DNA from: Candidatus Heimdallarchaeota archaeon
Lineage (GTDB): Archaea; Asgardarchaeota; Heimdallarchaeia; Heimdallarchaeales; Heimdallarchaeaceae
NCBI GenBank assembly: GCA_030603365.1
Contig: JAUVXV010000006.1
Coordinates: 110,306-174,305, forward strand
Reading direction: 5' to 3'
DNA: 64,000 nt
The first letter of the stretch is position 1. Each line of letters starts with the position of its first letter. Below are positions 17,877 to 27,033 of this stretch, in pieces. The notes beneath the pieces are model-generated. The model saw only the letters and a list, made by a program, of their open reading frames with translations. It had not been told where the DNA came from and did no database searches. The position numbers and the translations under genes were made by a program.

Positions 17877-19363
17877 TCTCTATCACCCAGAATATCATTT
17901 GAGTTATATTTCCACTCTTGGAATACTGTTTCATATCTTTCTGTAGGTAACTTCCATCTTCTACTATACATCTGATTGATAACAAACATTTCCTTTACAT
18001 CTTTTTTGAAAAACATATTAAACAGGCTCATACAATCAAATATCATTTCGGTTGGAATCCTTACAATAAAATGCAATCCTTGATCTGTCTCATTAACATA
18101 CTTTTGGCTATACAATTCTGGAAAAATTGACAACTGTTTATGAATTGTTAGCTGTTCTGAAGGATCTTTTGATAGAAACAGTACTAGATTTGATAAACCA
18201 AAAACATAGTTTGGATTGATTTTTGATCTGAAGTATTGATGTTTTTGTAAATTTTCAACTTGTTTTCGTGCTTCTTTCTCACTTATTCCAAAGTCATTTT
18301 TTATGGCATTTATTGACATTTCGTTTTTCATCAGCATATGATTGAGAATTTCTATTCCTGTTTTATGCAGATTCAAGACATGTTCCTGATTTTCCTTAAA
18401 TTCAGGAACAATAATTGGTAGATTCTTACTATCACTCAATTCTTCCCAGTCTAGAGCTGATGCAATCTTATAGTATGGTAAATCCCATTTTCCGTATCTA
18501 TAGTCATAATTGGCAAAATTGAACGACTTCAACCTGCTGTTCATTTCAAATTTGAATATATTGGAAGAAACAATTTCATTTCTCTCGTTAATAATATCAC
18601 ATAATTTCTGTAAATCATTCTTAACTTGATTATTATCGGGAGTTATATAATTGATCATCACTGATTGTGAATTAGAGTAACTAGTATAAATAGAATGCAA
18701 AAATGAACTATCTGGTAGTTCCTTGAAGAAGTCAATCTTAGAGGATAAGGGAACATTATAGACAATACCATAAATAGCTAAATTCAGTACTGAATAGTTC
18801 AGAGATAAACCTGTATAAATGAGCTGTCGTTCCCTTAATTTCCTTTTATATTTTGAGAGGTTTGATGAATCCATTTTTATCTTATCTAACAATTCATTAT
18901 TGCTCATTGTCTGTTCCTTAAGTATGACCTGAAAAACTTCAAATTCCTTTGTATTAAACTTGGGCATAATTTTGGAGCGATAATCAAAGAATATTTGTAG
19001 AAAAGTATTCCAGGATAGTGGGATTTTCTTCTTTTTGAAATAATCTAAAATATTAAAAAAGTGTTTTGATGATTCATCGGAACAACAAAAATTTAGATAA
19101 GAGAAAGGAACTATATAACTGAAATTCTCAAATTTAATTGTTTTTCGATTCTTTGACCAAAAACTGTACCATTCATCGAATTTCTGCTTCTTCTTTGTTA
19201 ATTTAGTTCGAATATAGAAGCAAATTATATCCCATTCAGGTGAATCTAATCTAGCTTCATATTTAATAACTAATCTTTCAAAATCTTTGAAAAGATCCTG
19301 CAGAATTTCTTCTGCTAGTTCCATTCTTTTCTTCTGTTCTGGATTCTGAATGAAAGTCATCAA
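17873..19363 (-). CDS. Tandem wHTH + Lrp/AsnC-like transcriptional regulator
   Basis: Two HTH units (MSNNELLDKIKMDSSNLSKYKRKLRER; MSINAIKNDFGISEKEARKQVENL), each followed by an NY..L/FGL linker and a ferredoxin-like block. Confidence 0.7.
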   Translation of the reverse strand: MMTFIQNPEQKKRMELAEEILQDLFKDFERLVIKYEARLDSPEWDIICFYIRTKLTKKKQKFDEWYSFWSKNRKTIKFENFSYIVPFSYLNFCCSDESSKHFFNILDYFKKKKIPLSWNTFLQIFFDYRSKIMPKFNTKEFEVFQVILKEQTMSNNELLDKIKMDSSNLSKYKRKLRERQLIYTGLSLNYSVLNLAIYGIVYNVPLSSKIDFFKELPDSSFLHSIYTSYSNSQSVMINYITPDNNQVKNDLQKLCDIINERNEIVSSNIFKFEMNSRLKSFNFANYDYRYGKWDLPYYKIASALDWEELSDSKNLPIIVPEFKENQEHVLNLHKTGIEILNHMLMKNEMSINAIKNDFGISEKEARKQVENLQKHQYFRSKINPNYVFGLSNLVLFLSKDPSEQLTIHKQLSIFPELYSQKYVNETDQGLHFIVRIPTEMIFDCMSLFNMFFKKDVKEMFVINQMYSRRWKLPTERYETVFQEWKYNSNDILGDRE

Positions 19364-19534
19364 TTCTTAAATTTATTAGGTTTATTAATCTCTTTTGTTT
19401 GATTGTTAAGATTCATTAAAGTATCGGGTAAAATTACCCAATAGTTATTTTCTAATTTTAAGCGCTGAAACCTAGTAATTTTACACTTTTAACCTCTTTG
19501 TCTGCAGAAATATAGCTCATACTATCGGACGCGA

Positions 19535-19773
19535 ATGTTAAACCAAGGAGGTGAAAAGGAAAATGAAAGGACCAATAGAATTTCCACCAGACGACCCAGA
19601 ACCCTGGCCTCCATAAGGTCAGGTGATAGGGACAAGAGAGGAGCATTAAATCTCCTCTTAGTTCCTAGGAGATATACGAATATTCTGGGAATACTCGCGT
19701 GTTCCCTTGAATCGTAAAACACAGGAACTTTCCCAAGATAACTAAATCTAACCCTATTTATTTCTTTTTTCTT
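19535..19773 (+). ncRNA. Putative structured small transcript containing a 17-aa sORF
   Basis: GC-richer patch with stems TAGGGAC..AGAGGAG/CTCCTCT..GTTCCTA (19627-19667) and GGGAATAC-TCGC-GTGTTCCC (19687-19706), ending in a T-tract at 19761-19774. The ends are estimated. Confidence 0.45.
19563..19616 (+). CDS. Small Pro-rich peptide MKGPIEFPPDDPEPWPP
   Basis: Perfect RBS GGAGGTGA at 19547-19554, 8 nt before the ATG; below the ORF-track size cutoff. Confidence 0.55.
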   Translation: MKGPIEFPPDDPEPWPP

Positions 19774-19784
19774 TGTAGTGTAAG

Positions 19785-19813
19785 ATGGTGAATTTTCCAA
19801 TCTTTCCTACCAT
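19785..19813 (+). promoter_or_regulatory. Island dyad site 5 (ATGGT-N19-ACCAT + TTTGAGAC)
   Basis: TTTAAAAA begins at 19834 (+21). Confidence 0.75.
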
Positions 19814-19880
19814 TTTGAGACTTTTTTTTTAGCTTTAAAAATACTTGAGTATATCTTTGTATTAGTTTGGATCTGATAAA

Positions 19881-20189
19881 ATGGACAAGATATTTCAATT
19901 CAAATGTCTCGAATGTGAATTAGATTTCAAACTAAGGATAGGAGCGGGAGGGAGTTCCAATCTTCCTAAAGTATATTTTTACTGCGAAAGATGTAAAATC
20001 ATAACATTGGAACATAAGTGTGAGAATTGTAAAAGACCCCTGAGAAGAATAATTTATCCTCTCAAGGAAAATATACTTGAATTTTATGAAGAAAATGGAG
20101 AAATCAAAGCTCCATGCCCTCATTGTCATTCAATCTACACGATCCTTATTCCTTTAGACAAGTGGATAACGGACTTTCAACTATGGTAA
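19881..20189 (+). CDS. Small multi-CxxC zinc-finger protein (paralogue 1)
   Basis: CLEC, CERC, CENC, CPHC; paralogous to 31539 and 20342. Confidence 0.8.
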   Translation: MDKIFQFKCLECELDFKLRIGAGGSSNLPKVYFYCERCKIITLEHKCENCKRPLRRIIYPLKENILEFYEENGEIKAPCPHCHSIYTILIPLDKWITDFQLW

Positions 20190-20230
20190 TAGTGTGAAAA
20201 AGTATAACAAAGGATTAATCTCTAGAACAG

Positions 20231-20259
20231 ATGGTATTTTTCCTCCAAATCTTTACAAA
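20231..20259 (+). promoter_or_regulatory. Island dyad site 6 (ATGGT-N19-ACAAA + TTTGAGAC)
   Basis: TTTAAAAC begins at 20280 (+21). Confidence 0.72.
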
Positions 20260-20341
20260 TTTGAGACAAAAGAACCCCATTTAAAACAACTCATTAACAT
20301 AATAATCTTGCTCAATTGTATTACTTGGAAAACGGATTAAG

Positions 20342-20653
20342 ATGTTAATGAAAGGGAATGTTACAGAAACTAGTTACCAATTCGAATGTAATTGTTGTAA
20401 GCTGAATCTAATTCTGTACAAAGGAATTGGAGAGAAAAACAACAAATCTTCACTAAATTTTTATTGTTTTAATTGTCATAAAATAAACTACCAAAATCAA
20501 TGCATAGATTGCGGAGATAAACTCTATTATGCAGTCGAAGTGCCGGAAACAAAGAAATATGAATTATTAGAAAAAGAAAATTTAATTGATATAAAATTAC
20601 AGTGTATGAGATGCAAATCGAAAGACACCACACTCACTTCAATTGGAGTTTAA
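20342..20653 (+). CDS. Small multi-CxxC zinc-finger protein (paralogue 2)
   Basis: CNCC, CFNC, CIDC, CMRC with the same spacing as 19881. Confidence 0.75.
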   Translation: MLMKGNVTETSYQFECNCCKLNLILYKGIGEKNNKSSLNFYCFNCHKINYQNQCIDCGDKLYYAVEVPETKKYELLEKENLIDIKLQCMRCKSKDTTLTSIGV

Positions 20654-20689
20654 AAGATGGAATATAACACAAATTGAATCTACTGGAAA

Positions 20690-20718
20690 ATGGTATTATT
20701 CTTTCTATTTTTTACAAG
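20690..20718 (+). promoter_or_regulatory. Island dyad site 7 (ATGGT-N19-ACAAG + ATTGAGAC)
   Basis: TTTTTATT at ~20740. Confidence 0.7.
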
Positions 20719-20789
20719 ATTGAGACTTTTTGACAATGATTTTTATTCTGGGGGCTAAATTCAATTAGTTTCTTAAATTAGAGAGGAAA

Positions 20790-23495
20790 TTGAAAATGAG
20801 AAAGAAAATTATTGTTAGTTTATTAATAGTGCTATTTGCAGTTTCACTGATTCCTTCTAATGCTATTTCAATAGATAGTAATCAAACCCAAGATAAAACT
20901 AACTCTATTGAAACACCAACTAAACAAATTATTAACAAAAACATGAAAGAACAGAAGGAATATAATGGTGATTTGAATTTAGATTCTAGTGTCAATCTGC
21001 TAGAAACATCCAGTCCTGAGATTTGTTCTCTTGACTATGAACCTGAAAATGAACTTAAGCTTGTCGAAAAACAATCTGTGGTTCCTAATATTGCTTCAAG
21101 AATAAAACTTGCTGTTAATGACACTTCAGATGTAATCAATATTTATTATCAACGTTTAACTGAAGAAATTGTTACACATGGATTACCTGATGAAACCTTA
21201 GAAATTCATGTAATAGTCAAGGGCTTGATACTAACAGGAGATAGGCTAAATATCCAATTTAGAAGAGATGTAGTTAACTGGCCTGATTCTGATCTTTATA
21301 ATGGTTACTATGAATTCGGTTTCGATCTGCTAGGTGATGAAACGTTCCATGTTTATGCAACTGTAACCTTAGATCCTAACCTATCAGACTTCGGTTATGG
21401 AACAGGAGATATTCGATCATATTTTCTTATTATCTACTTAGATTCAGGACCTACTTTATTTGATGGAAGTAACATGAATGAATTATACAGATTGTGGATG
21501 TATGGACATTTAGAGTTGCACAGAGTACAGTACTATAATTATACAACTATCGCTGGAAATGTCGAAACATCCTACGCTGTTCCTGGATGGCAAATATTTG
21601 TAAGATTTTATTTTGCTGTCGCTGATGGTCCTGTTTGGGATTTTGATATACAAGGAACAATTAAAGCAGATAAAAAGTGGGCTATTGATGAAACACTTTA
21701 TTCTGATGATGAAAAATTAATCGACTGGATTTTAGAACCTGGATTGTATTATTATGATTGGAGTGATTCTCTTTGGAATGACATGAATTTTACTGTTCCC
21801 GTTAGGTCTTATGGTAATCTTCCAGGAGATACTAGAGCTTTATTTGGAGTCTTGTTTGAAGATGGCTATCAGGTTGATTCAATTAATCCAGATGATACTA
21901 GAGATGAACTAAATATTATCCCTAATACAGTTGAACAACCACCTCAGGTGCAAATTGAATTGCCACTTGATGGTTATGTAACCTATAATACCACTTTGTC
22001 TCTAAATGTAGAAATTACAGACCCTAATAGCAACTATGATATTGTTTCAGTTGAAGTTTTAGTAGAGGGTTCTTGGTTAGATGGGACAGGTTTATACAAT
22101 CCAACGATGGGTAGGTTTGATGTTTATGTGACAAACGCATTTACATCATCTGGAATAAAAAATATAACAGTAAAAGCAGAAGATTCAGTTGGAAATGTTG
22201 GTTATGATTCTGTAGTCTTACAGTATCTAGAATACGGGTTCTTCTTTCCACCCTCCTACAGTGTTTTCAACAAGAAAGAGAGTTTAATCCTATTTGACGA
22301 ACTTCAATACTATTCAACAGATTTCATGTGGGGAGATGAAAACAGTAATGTGACAATAACTCCATTTTTCATGCTTTCCGTTGAAGCATCACTGGAGTAT
22401 GAATTTCTGTTAGCGTATCCTAATGATGTAAAACCAGGAAGTAATTTCAATACTTACCTGAAGGTAGTAAACCCTGAATTGACTTTAACAATCCAATTTC
22501 AATTAGGAGTGGATTACACTTTCATTTCAGAGGAGAGCTACTATGAAGGTGGGGTTACAGTCTTTGATGAAAATGAGAAGAAATCACTTCCTATAAGTTT
22601 CGGAATCTTCAGAATAGATCTCCGAGATATTTCAGAACAGATAGAAACACTGTGTCATTATGAAATTGAAACAAGTGACATATTTCCATCATTAATTTCA
22701 TGGTTGGCTAATTTCAAGTTTGAATTAGATTTCATACCTATTGTAAAAATCATGAATTTACTAACTTTTGATATCTCAGGAACCAATTGTGTTTCAGAAT
22801 TCGCTTCCCTAACAGTAACAACAGATTCTATGTACGTTATTCCTTGTACAGCTTCTTCAACAGCAACAGGATTAGATGATGCAACAATTATATTAGACAA
22901 TTTTAGAATAGAGTCAGCTGTTGGCTTTGAATTATATTGCCAAATGACTTTTTCAGGGAAAATATTAGGATTTACAATAGGTCCTGTGGATGTAAACAGA
23001 TGGCTATACGATTACTTTGGAATACTAATTCCCTACGTAGATATTTGGTTGTTGTCCACAACTCTACATATAGCTGGAACTGAGAATATAGCTGTACCTC
23101 TGAATCCGTTGGGATTGTCAGCAAAAATAGCAAGCATGTTCTATTCTCTAGATAACATAACATATGTATTTGAAGTAAGAGATTCTAATGGAAATTTAGT
23201 TTCGGGAGCTTCAGTACAAGTAGTTGATCATTCACAAACATATTATGGGAGTGAACAAAGTCCAGGCTTATATGAAGTTGTTATGGATTACTATGATTTA
23301 CCAGAGATAATAGGTGTAACAGTTACAAAGGCAGGATATATAACTTTAGCAACTAGTTTCAGCTTATATGTAGATCCTCCAGCAGTTACTAAAGGACCAA
23401 TTTGGGAATACACAGCAATTTCGATTGGAGTTATTGCAGTTGTTGCTACTGTCATCACTACACTGATTCTAAAGCTTAGAAGGAGGAATGTATAA
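20790..23495 (+). CDS. Large membrane-anchored surface protein with Ig-like domains
   Basis: Signal peptide, PPQVQIELP...ITVKAEDSVGN Ig-like block, C-terminal TM helix plus basic tail. Confidence 0.8.
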   Translation: MKMRKKIIVSLLIVLFAVSLIPSNAISIDSNQTQDKTNSIETPTKQIINKNMKEQKEYNGDLNLDSSVNLLETSSPEICSLDYEPENELKLVEKQSVVPNIASRIKLAVNDTSDVINIYYQRLTEEIVTHGLPDETLEIHVIVKGLILTGDRLNIQFRRDVVNWPDSDLYNGYYEFGFDLLGDETFHVYATVTLDPNLSDFGYGTGDIRSYFLIIYLDSGPTLFDGSNMNELYRLWMYGHLELHRVQYYNYTTIAGNVETSYAVPGWQIFVRFYFAVADGPVWDFDIQGTIKADKKWAIDETLYSDDEKLIDWILEPGLYYYDWSDSLWNDMNFTVPVRSYGNLPGDTRALFGVLFEDGYQVDSINPDDTRDELNIIPNTVEQPPQVQIELPLDGYVTYNTTLSLNVEITDPNSNYDIVSVEVLVEGSWLDGTGLYNPTMGRFDVYVTNAFTSSGIKNITVKAEDSVGNVGYDSVVLQYLEYGFFFPPSYSVFNKKESLILFDELQYYSTDFMWGDENSNVTITPFFMLSVEASLEYEFLLAYPNDVKPGSNFNTYLKVVNPELTLTIQFQLGVDYTFISEESYYEGGVTVFDENEKKSLPISFGIFRIDLRDISEQIETLCHYEIETSDIFPSLISWLANFKFELDFIPIVKIMNLLTFDISGTNCVSEFASLTVTTDSMYVIPCTASSTATGLDDATIILDNFRIESAVGFELYCQMTFSGKILGFTIGPVDVNRWLYDYFGILIPYVDIWLLSTTLHIAGTENIAVPLNPLGLSAKIASMFYSLDNITYVFEVRDSNGNLVSGASVQVVDHSQTYYGSEQSPGLYEVVMDYYDLPEIIGVTVTKAGYITLATSFSLYVDPPAVTKGPIWEYTAISIGVIAVVATVITTLILKLRRRNV

Positions 23496-23497
23496 TC

Positions 23498-24625
23498 ATG
23501 AAATCATTGAAATTCGCGTACATAATCTTAATTCTTCTATCTTTTGGTCTATTAGCTCAAACACCTATATTTGAATCCACATATGCTACAACATATACTA
23601 CAAATAAAATCTCTTCAGGTGGTTCAAGTTATACCTTATATTTAGATATAGACTCAACCACCTGGATTCGAGGTGAAGACAATTACTTCTACGTAGGTTT
23701 AATTGTGAATAGTTTTGGGTCTGGGATCTATGATTTTCACGAGATAAACCTATGGGCAATGTTTGACGATGGTGATGGATTCAACATAGTAGATGAATCA
23801 GAATGGGGGTCTATTGAGACTGAAGGTGGATATTATGAGAAAGGATGGTTCTATACTCCTAGTGGGTCTACTCCAGATAGCTTTTCTATTTACATTGGGT
23901 CTGATTTCTGGGAAGATGTTGGCATAGGAGATCCTTATACAGCTGATGGATGGACTTGGATGGTCGACATAACAGTCATTGACACCGAACCTCCAGAGAT
24001 TAATCAACCTAGTGACATTACTTTTGAAGAAGGAGAGACAGGACAACAACTTGCTTGGGTACCAACTAGCAATTCCCCAGATGATTACTATATCTTTCAA
24101 GATGGTCTTCTAGTCGAGTCAGGTTATTGGTTATCAGGATATCAAATTATATACCCAATTAGCTATCTACTGAAGGGAGATTATACATTTCTTATTCATG
24201 TATATGATACATTTGACCAAATGATTTCTGATACGGTATTGGTTCATGTACAAGACACTACACCGCCAGTGATTAGCTCTCCAGTCGATATTGTCTTTGA
24301 AGAATCTATAACAGGACGAATTATAGAATGGACAGCTTCTGATGCTTATCCAGAAAGCTATGAATTAGAAAGAAATGGAGAGTTAATAGATTCAGGTTCA
24401 TGGGAAGTAAATACTCAGCTCCATTTTTCATTAGATGGTCTAGAACCAGGAACTTATTCCTACTGCTTAACTGTATTCGATGATTCTGGTTTATCTTCTT
24501 CTGATTGTGTAGAAGTAGAAGTTGTAGGAACTGAAACAAGTGGTTATAATTCCATCATAACTACCATTCTATCAATAGTCACACTACTTTCAATAGCATC
24601 GATATTCAAAAGAAAATTCAGTTGA
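23498..24625 (+). CDS. Membrane-anchored surface protein with two Ig-like repeats
   Basis: Signal peptide; repeats DTEPPEINQPSDITFEEG / DTTPPVISSPVDIVFEES; C-terminal TM. Confidence 0.8.
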   Translation: MKSLKFAYIILILLSFGLLAQTPIFESTYATTYTTNKISSGGSSYTLYLDIDSTTWIRGEDNYFYVGLIVNSFGSGIYDFHEINLWAMFDDGDGFNIVDESEWGSIETEGGYYEKGWFYTPSGSTPDSFSIYIGSDFWEDVGIGDPYTADGWTWMVDITVIDTEPPEINQPSDITFEEGETGQQLAWVPTSNSPDDYYIFQDGLLVESGYWLSGYQIIYPISYLLKGDYTFLIHVYDTFDQMISDTVLVHVQDTTPPVISSPVDIVFEESITGRIIEWTASDAYPESYELERNGELIDSGSWEVNTQLHFSLDGLEPGTYSYCLTVFDDSGLSSSDCVEVEVVGTETSGYNSIITTILSIVTLLSIASIFKRKFS

Positions 24626-24719
24626 GTAAGTAGATAGAAAAGAAAATCAAACCAGTTTCTTCTTTTCTTATTTTTTTCATTATATCCTGAGGTTAAGAAA
24701 AATATTAGTAGATATAAAA

Positions 24720-24748
24720 ATGGTATTTTTCTCTAGATTTTTTATAAA
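24720..24748 (+). promoter_or_regulatory. Island dyad site 8 (ATGGT-N19-ATAAA + ACATAGAC)
   Basis: Right arm degenerate, but spacing, AGAC and TTTTTATA (~24770) are conserved. Confidence 0.6.
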
Positions 24749-24825
24749 ACATAGACTTTTCAATAAGCATTTTTTATAGCATTGGTTTCTTTTCATCTAC
24801 TGATTTAATAGGTTAGAAGGATATA

Positions 24826-25392
24826 ATGAACCACACAGAAAATAAAGAACATAATGTAGCTCTAGAGAGGAAAAGATTAACCAGACTAATGGAAGAGCGT
24901 GCTACCATAGAAGAGATGATGAGAGAGAACGAAGATTATACTGCGCTAAGAGAAGAGTTAGCTGAAACTGATAATAGAAAGATTCTCAAGCCAATTCGTG
25001 GAGGAAGCAGTAAAACAAACTATACTGCAGATGGCAGATCTTATTTTGACAATAAGAGACTGAGTTTAGATACAACTTATCTTGGTCCCAGATATGATGT
25101 TAGTGAAATGTTAGATTCAGAAAAACTGGTTCTCAAGATGATGAAAGAGCTTGATGAGAGAAAGAAGCTGATGCAGACTCCTCTAGCAGAGGTTTACAAA
25201 GAAATTATCAAAGAAGACGCTCCCCCCAACAAGTACTTTGCTATCAGAAAAATGGGAGAGTTTCTAGAAGAGGAAGAATTCACAGCAGAAGAAATTGCTT
25301 TGATGAGGACACTGATGAAAAGGATAGTTAAGAAGCATAGGGGGTCAAGAGAAGAGTTACTATTGTCGCTGTATATAGAAGAAAAACTATAG
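24826..25392 (+). CDS. Hypothetical helical protein (copy 1)
   Basis: Near-identical to 31964..32527. Confidence 0.8.
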   Translation: MNHTENKEHNVALERKRLTRLMEERATIEEMMRENEDYTALREELAETDNRKILKPIRGGSSKTNYTADGRSYFDNKRLSLDTTYLGPRYDVSEMLDSEKLVLKMMKELDERKKLMQTPLAEVYKEIIKEDAPPNKYFAIRKMGEFLEEEEFTAEEIALMRTLMKRIVKKHRGSREELLLSLYIEEKL

Positions 25393-25489
25393 AAGATGAT
25401 TTTACTCCTATTTCTTTATTTTGTTTCATCTCCTAGATGTATTTATTTTGCTCCCAAAAGTTCATAATATACAGTTATAACTATTTGCG

Positions 25490-25714
25490 ATGAATAGCGA
25501 GATTAATACGAGAAGAAAGAATGTAGTAGAGTATCTAGAAGGAGAAGATGTAACCGAAGAATCTGATAGAGAATTAATGTTTAAAATGTACGATTATCAA
25601 AAGAATCGTCTAAAAAACAAGCTCACTAATATACAAGGTTTTGCTGCTCTAAGTGTATTATTGAGTTTAATTACATTAATTATAATAATAGTTGTTCTTG
25701 TTAAATTGAGTTAG
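25490..25714 (+). CDS. Small single-TM membrane protein
   Basis: C-terminal hydrophobic helix. Confidence 0.65.
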   Translation: MNSEINTRRKNVVEYLEGEDVTEESDRELMFKMYDYQKNRLKNKLTNIQGFAALSVLLSLITLIIIIVVLVKLS

Positions 25715-25746
25715 ACATTCTTCTTTTACTAATTCAAAGAATTTTC

Positions 25747-26340
25747 TCATTTAAACCAGCTTTTTATTTGCTCGGGGTTAATTCCAGTGATTTGCATTTC
25801 ACCTTCAACAAATATTATTTCTGCATTTGGAACCTTAAGCAGATCTTGTTCAAAATATTTCTTAGTAAAGAAGATGTACTCTTGATTTGATGATCCTCTT
25901 AGCCCTTCAGGTTTATGAAATTTCTCAATATAGGGACCAACTATTATTAAATCTACTAGCTTCGACAATTTTTCTAATAGCAACATCTCTTCTATTTCAG
26001 TTCTAGTATAACCTGTCCACATAACGACAGATAGCTGAGTCTTATCTTTGATACATTTCAGTAATTCTAGTAACTCTTCACTTTGATCTAAAGGTTCTCC
26101 CCCACTTATCGATATACCTTCTATTTCCTTCTCACTTTCCAAAATTATAGAGAGAAGTTCAGCTGGTTGCATTTTTTCACCTATACTGGCGTCGTGAGTC
26201 TCAGGATTACTACAACCAGGGCAATTCCTAGTGCACCCTTGAACCCATATTGCCAATCGTACTCCTGGGCCATTAGCTCTTGTTCGTTCAATTATCTGAT
26301 GAATACGCAGATTAATCCCTCTAGTTAGTTTCATCTGCAT
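25747..26340 (-). CDS. Radical SAM protein, NrdG-like activase family
   Basis: NGPGVRLAIWVQGCTRNCPGCSNP, ISGGEPLDQ, RGSSNQ. Confidence 0.88.
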   Translation of the reverse strand: MQMKLTRGINLRIHQIIERTRANGPGVRLAIWVQGCTRNCPGCSNPETHDASIGEKMQPAELLSIILESEKEIEGISISGGEPLDQSEELLELLKCIKDKTQLSVVMWTGYTRTEIEEMLLLEKLSKLVDLIIVGPYIEKFHKPEGLRGSSNQEYIFFTKKYFEQDLLKVPNAEIIFVEGEMQITGINPEQIKSWFK

Positions 26341-26894
26341 ATTGGTATTTCTAGCAATCGTCTTTCTTGTAATCGTCTATTATTTGTTGCTGCTTCTGGT
26401 TTCATCTCTCTATGAATCACTTGTCCTATGTCTTCTTCAAAACTCTTTGTTGCATGCAGACAATTCTTTCCTCTGAAATTCTTTGTTTCTACATTCAGTC
26501 CATAAATTCCTTTAATTCTAAGTACTATTTGTTCAGGAATATATTGTCCATCCAGTCTAATATTTCTTTCAAAAATCAAGACCTCTTCTTGGGTATTTCT
26601 CTTTTCTTCTTTGAGCTTGAATCCTTTTATACCAAAATCTTCTGTTGCTAGTAGTCTAGTATATGTTGGCAAAATTATTTCAACAACCTTTTCCAGTTCG
26701 TTCTTAAGAGACTCTTCCATTTTTAGTTTATCACCTTCTCTTTCAGATAAAATAGCATGAAGCTGATATTTGTCTCCCTCCTTGATTATAGTAATTCCCG
26801 ATAATAAATTGTGCATTTCTAAAGCTTCTTCTAAGCATTCTTTACTTGCAAATCCTTGTTCATGTGTAATTCTTATTCTTATCATTTGAGACAT
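26331..26894 (-). CDS. DUF2997-like domain protein (possible DUF1257-like N-terminus)
   Basis: C-terminal VETKNFRGKNCLHATKSFEEDIG...MKPE matches the DUF2997 pattern; overlaps the radical SAM gene. Confidence 0.55.
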   Translation of the reverse strand: MSQMIRIRITHEQGFASKECLEEALEMHNLLSGITIIKEGDKYQLHAILSEREGDKLKMEESLKNELEKVVEIILPTYTRLLATEDFGIKGFKLKEEKRNTQEEVLIFERNIRLDGQYIPEQIVLRIKGIYGLNVETKNFRGKNCLHATKSFEEDIGQVIHREMKPEAATNNRRLQERRLLEIPICR

Positions 26895-27033
26895 TTATTC
26901 AACTCCTTTTTAGTAATATTATAATTCGAAGATTCTATTTAATCACCTATGAAGATAAGAAAGAAAAAAAGTGACAAACATCATTAAAACAAAAACGAAA
27001 AAAAAGTAAGCATTTGAAAAAAGAGAAAGAAGA

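Noticed and set aside
19458-19800. Track ORFs 19458..19646, 19522..19800 and 19535..19717
   Set aside because: Mutually overlapping, motif-less and without an RBS; better explained by the GC-richer structured RNA and the 17-aa sORF.
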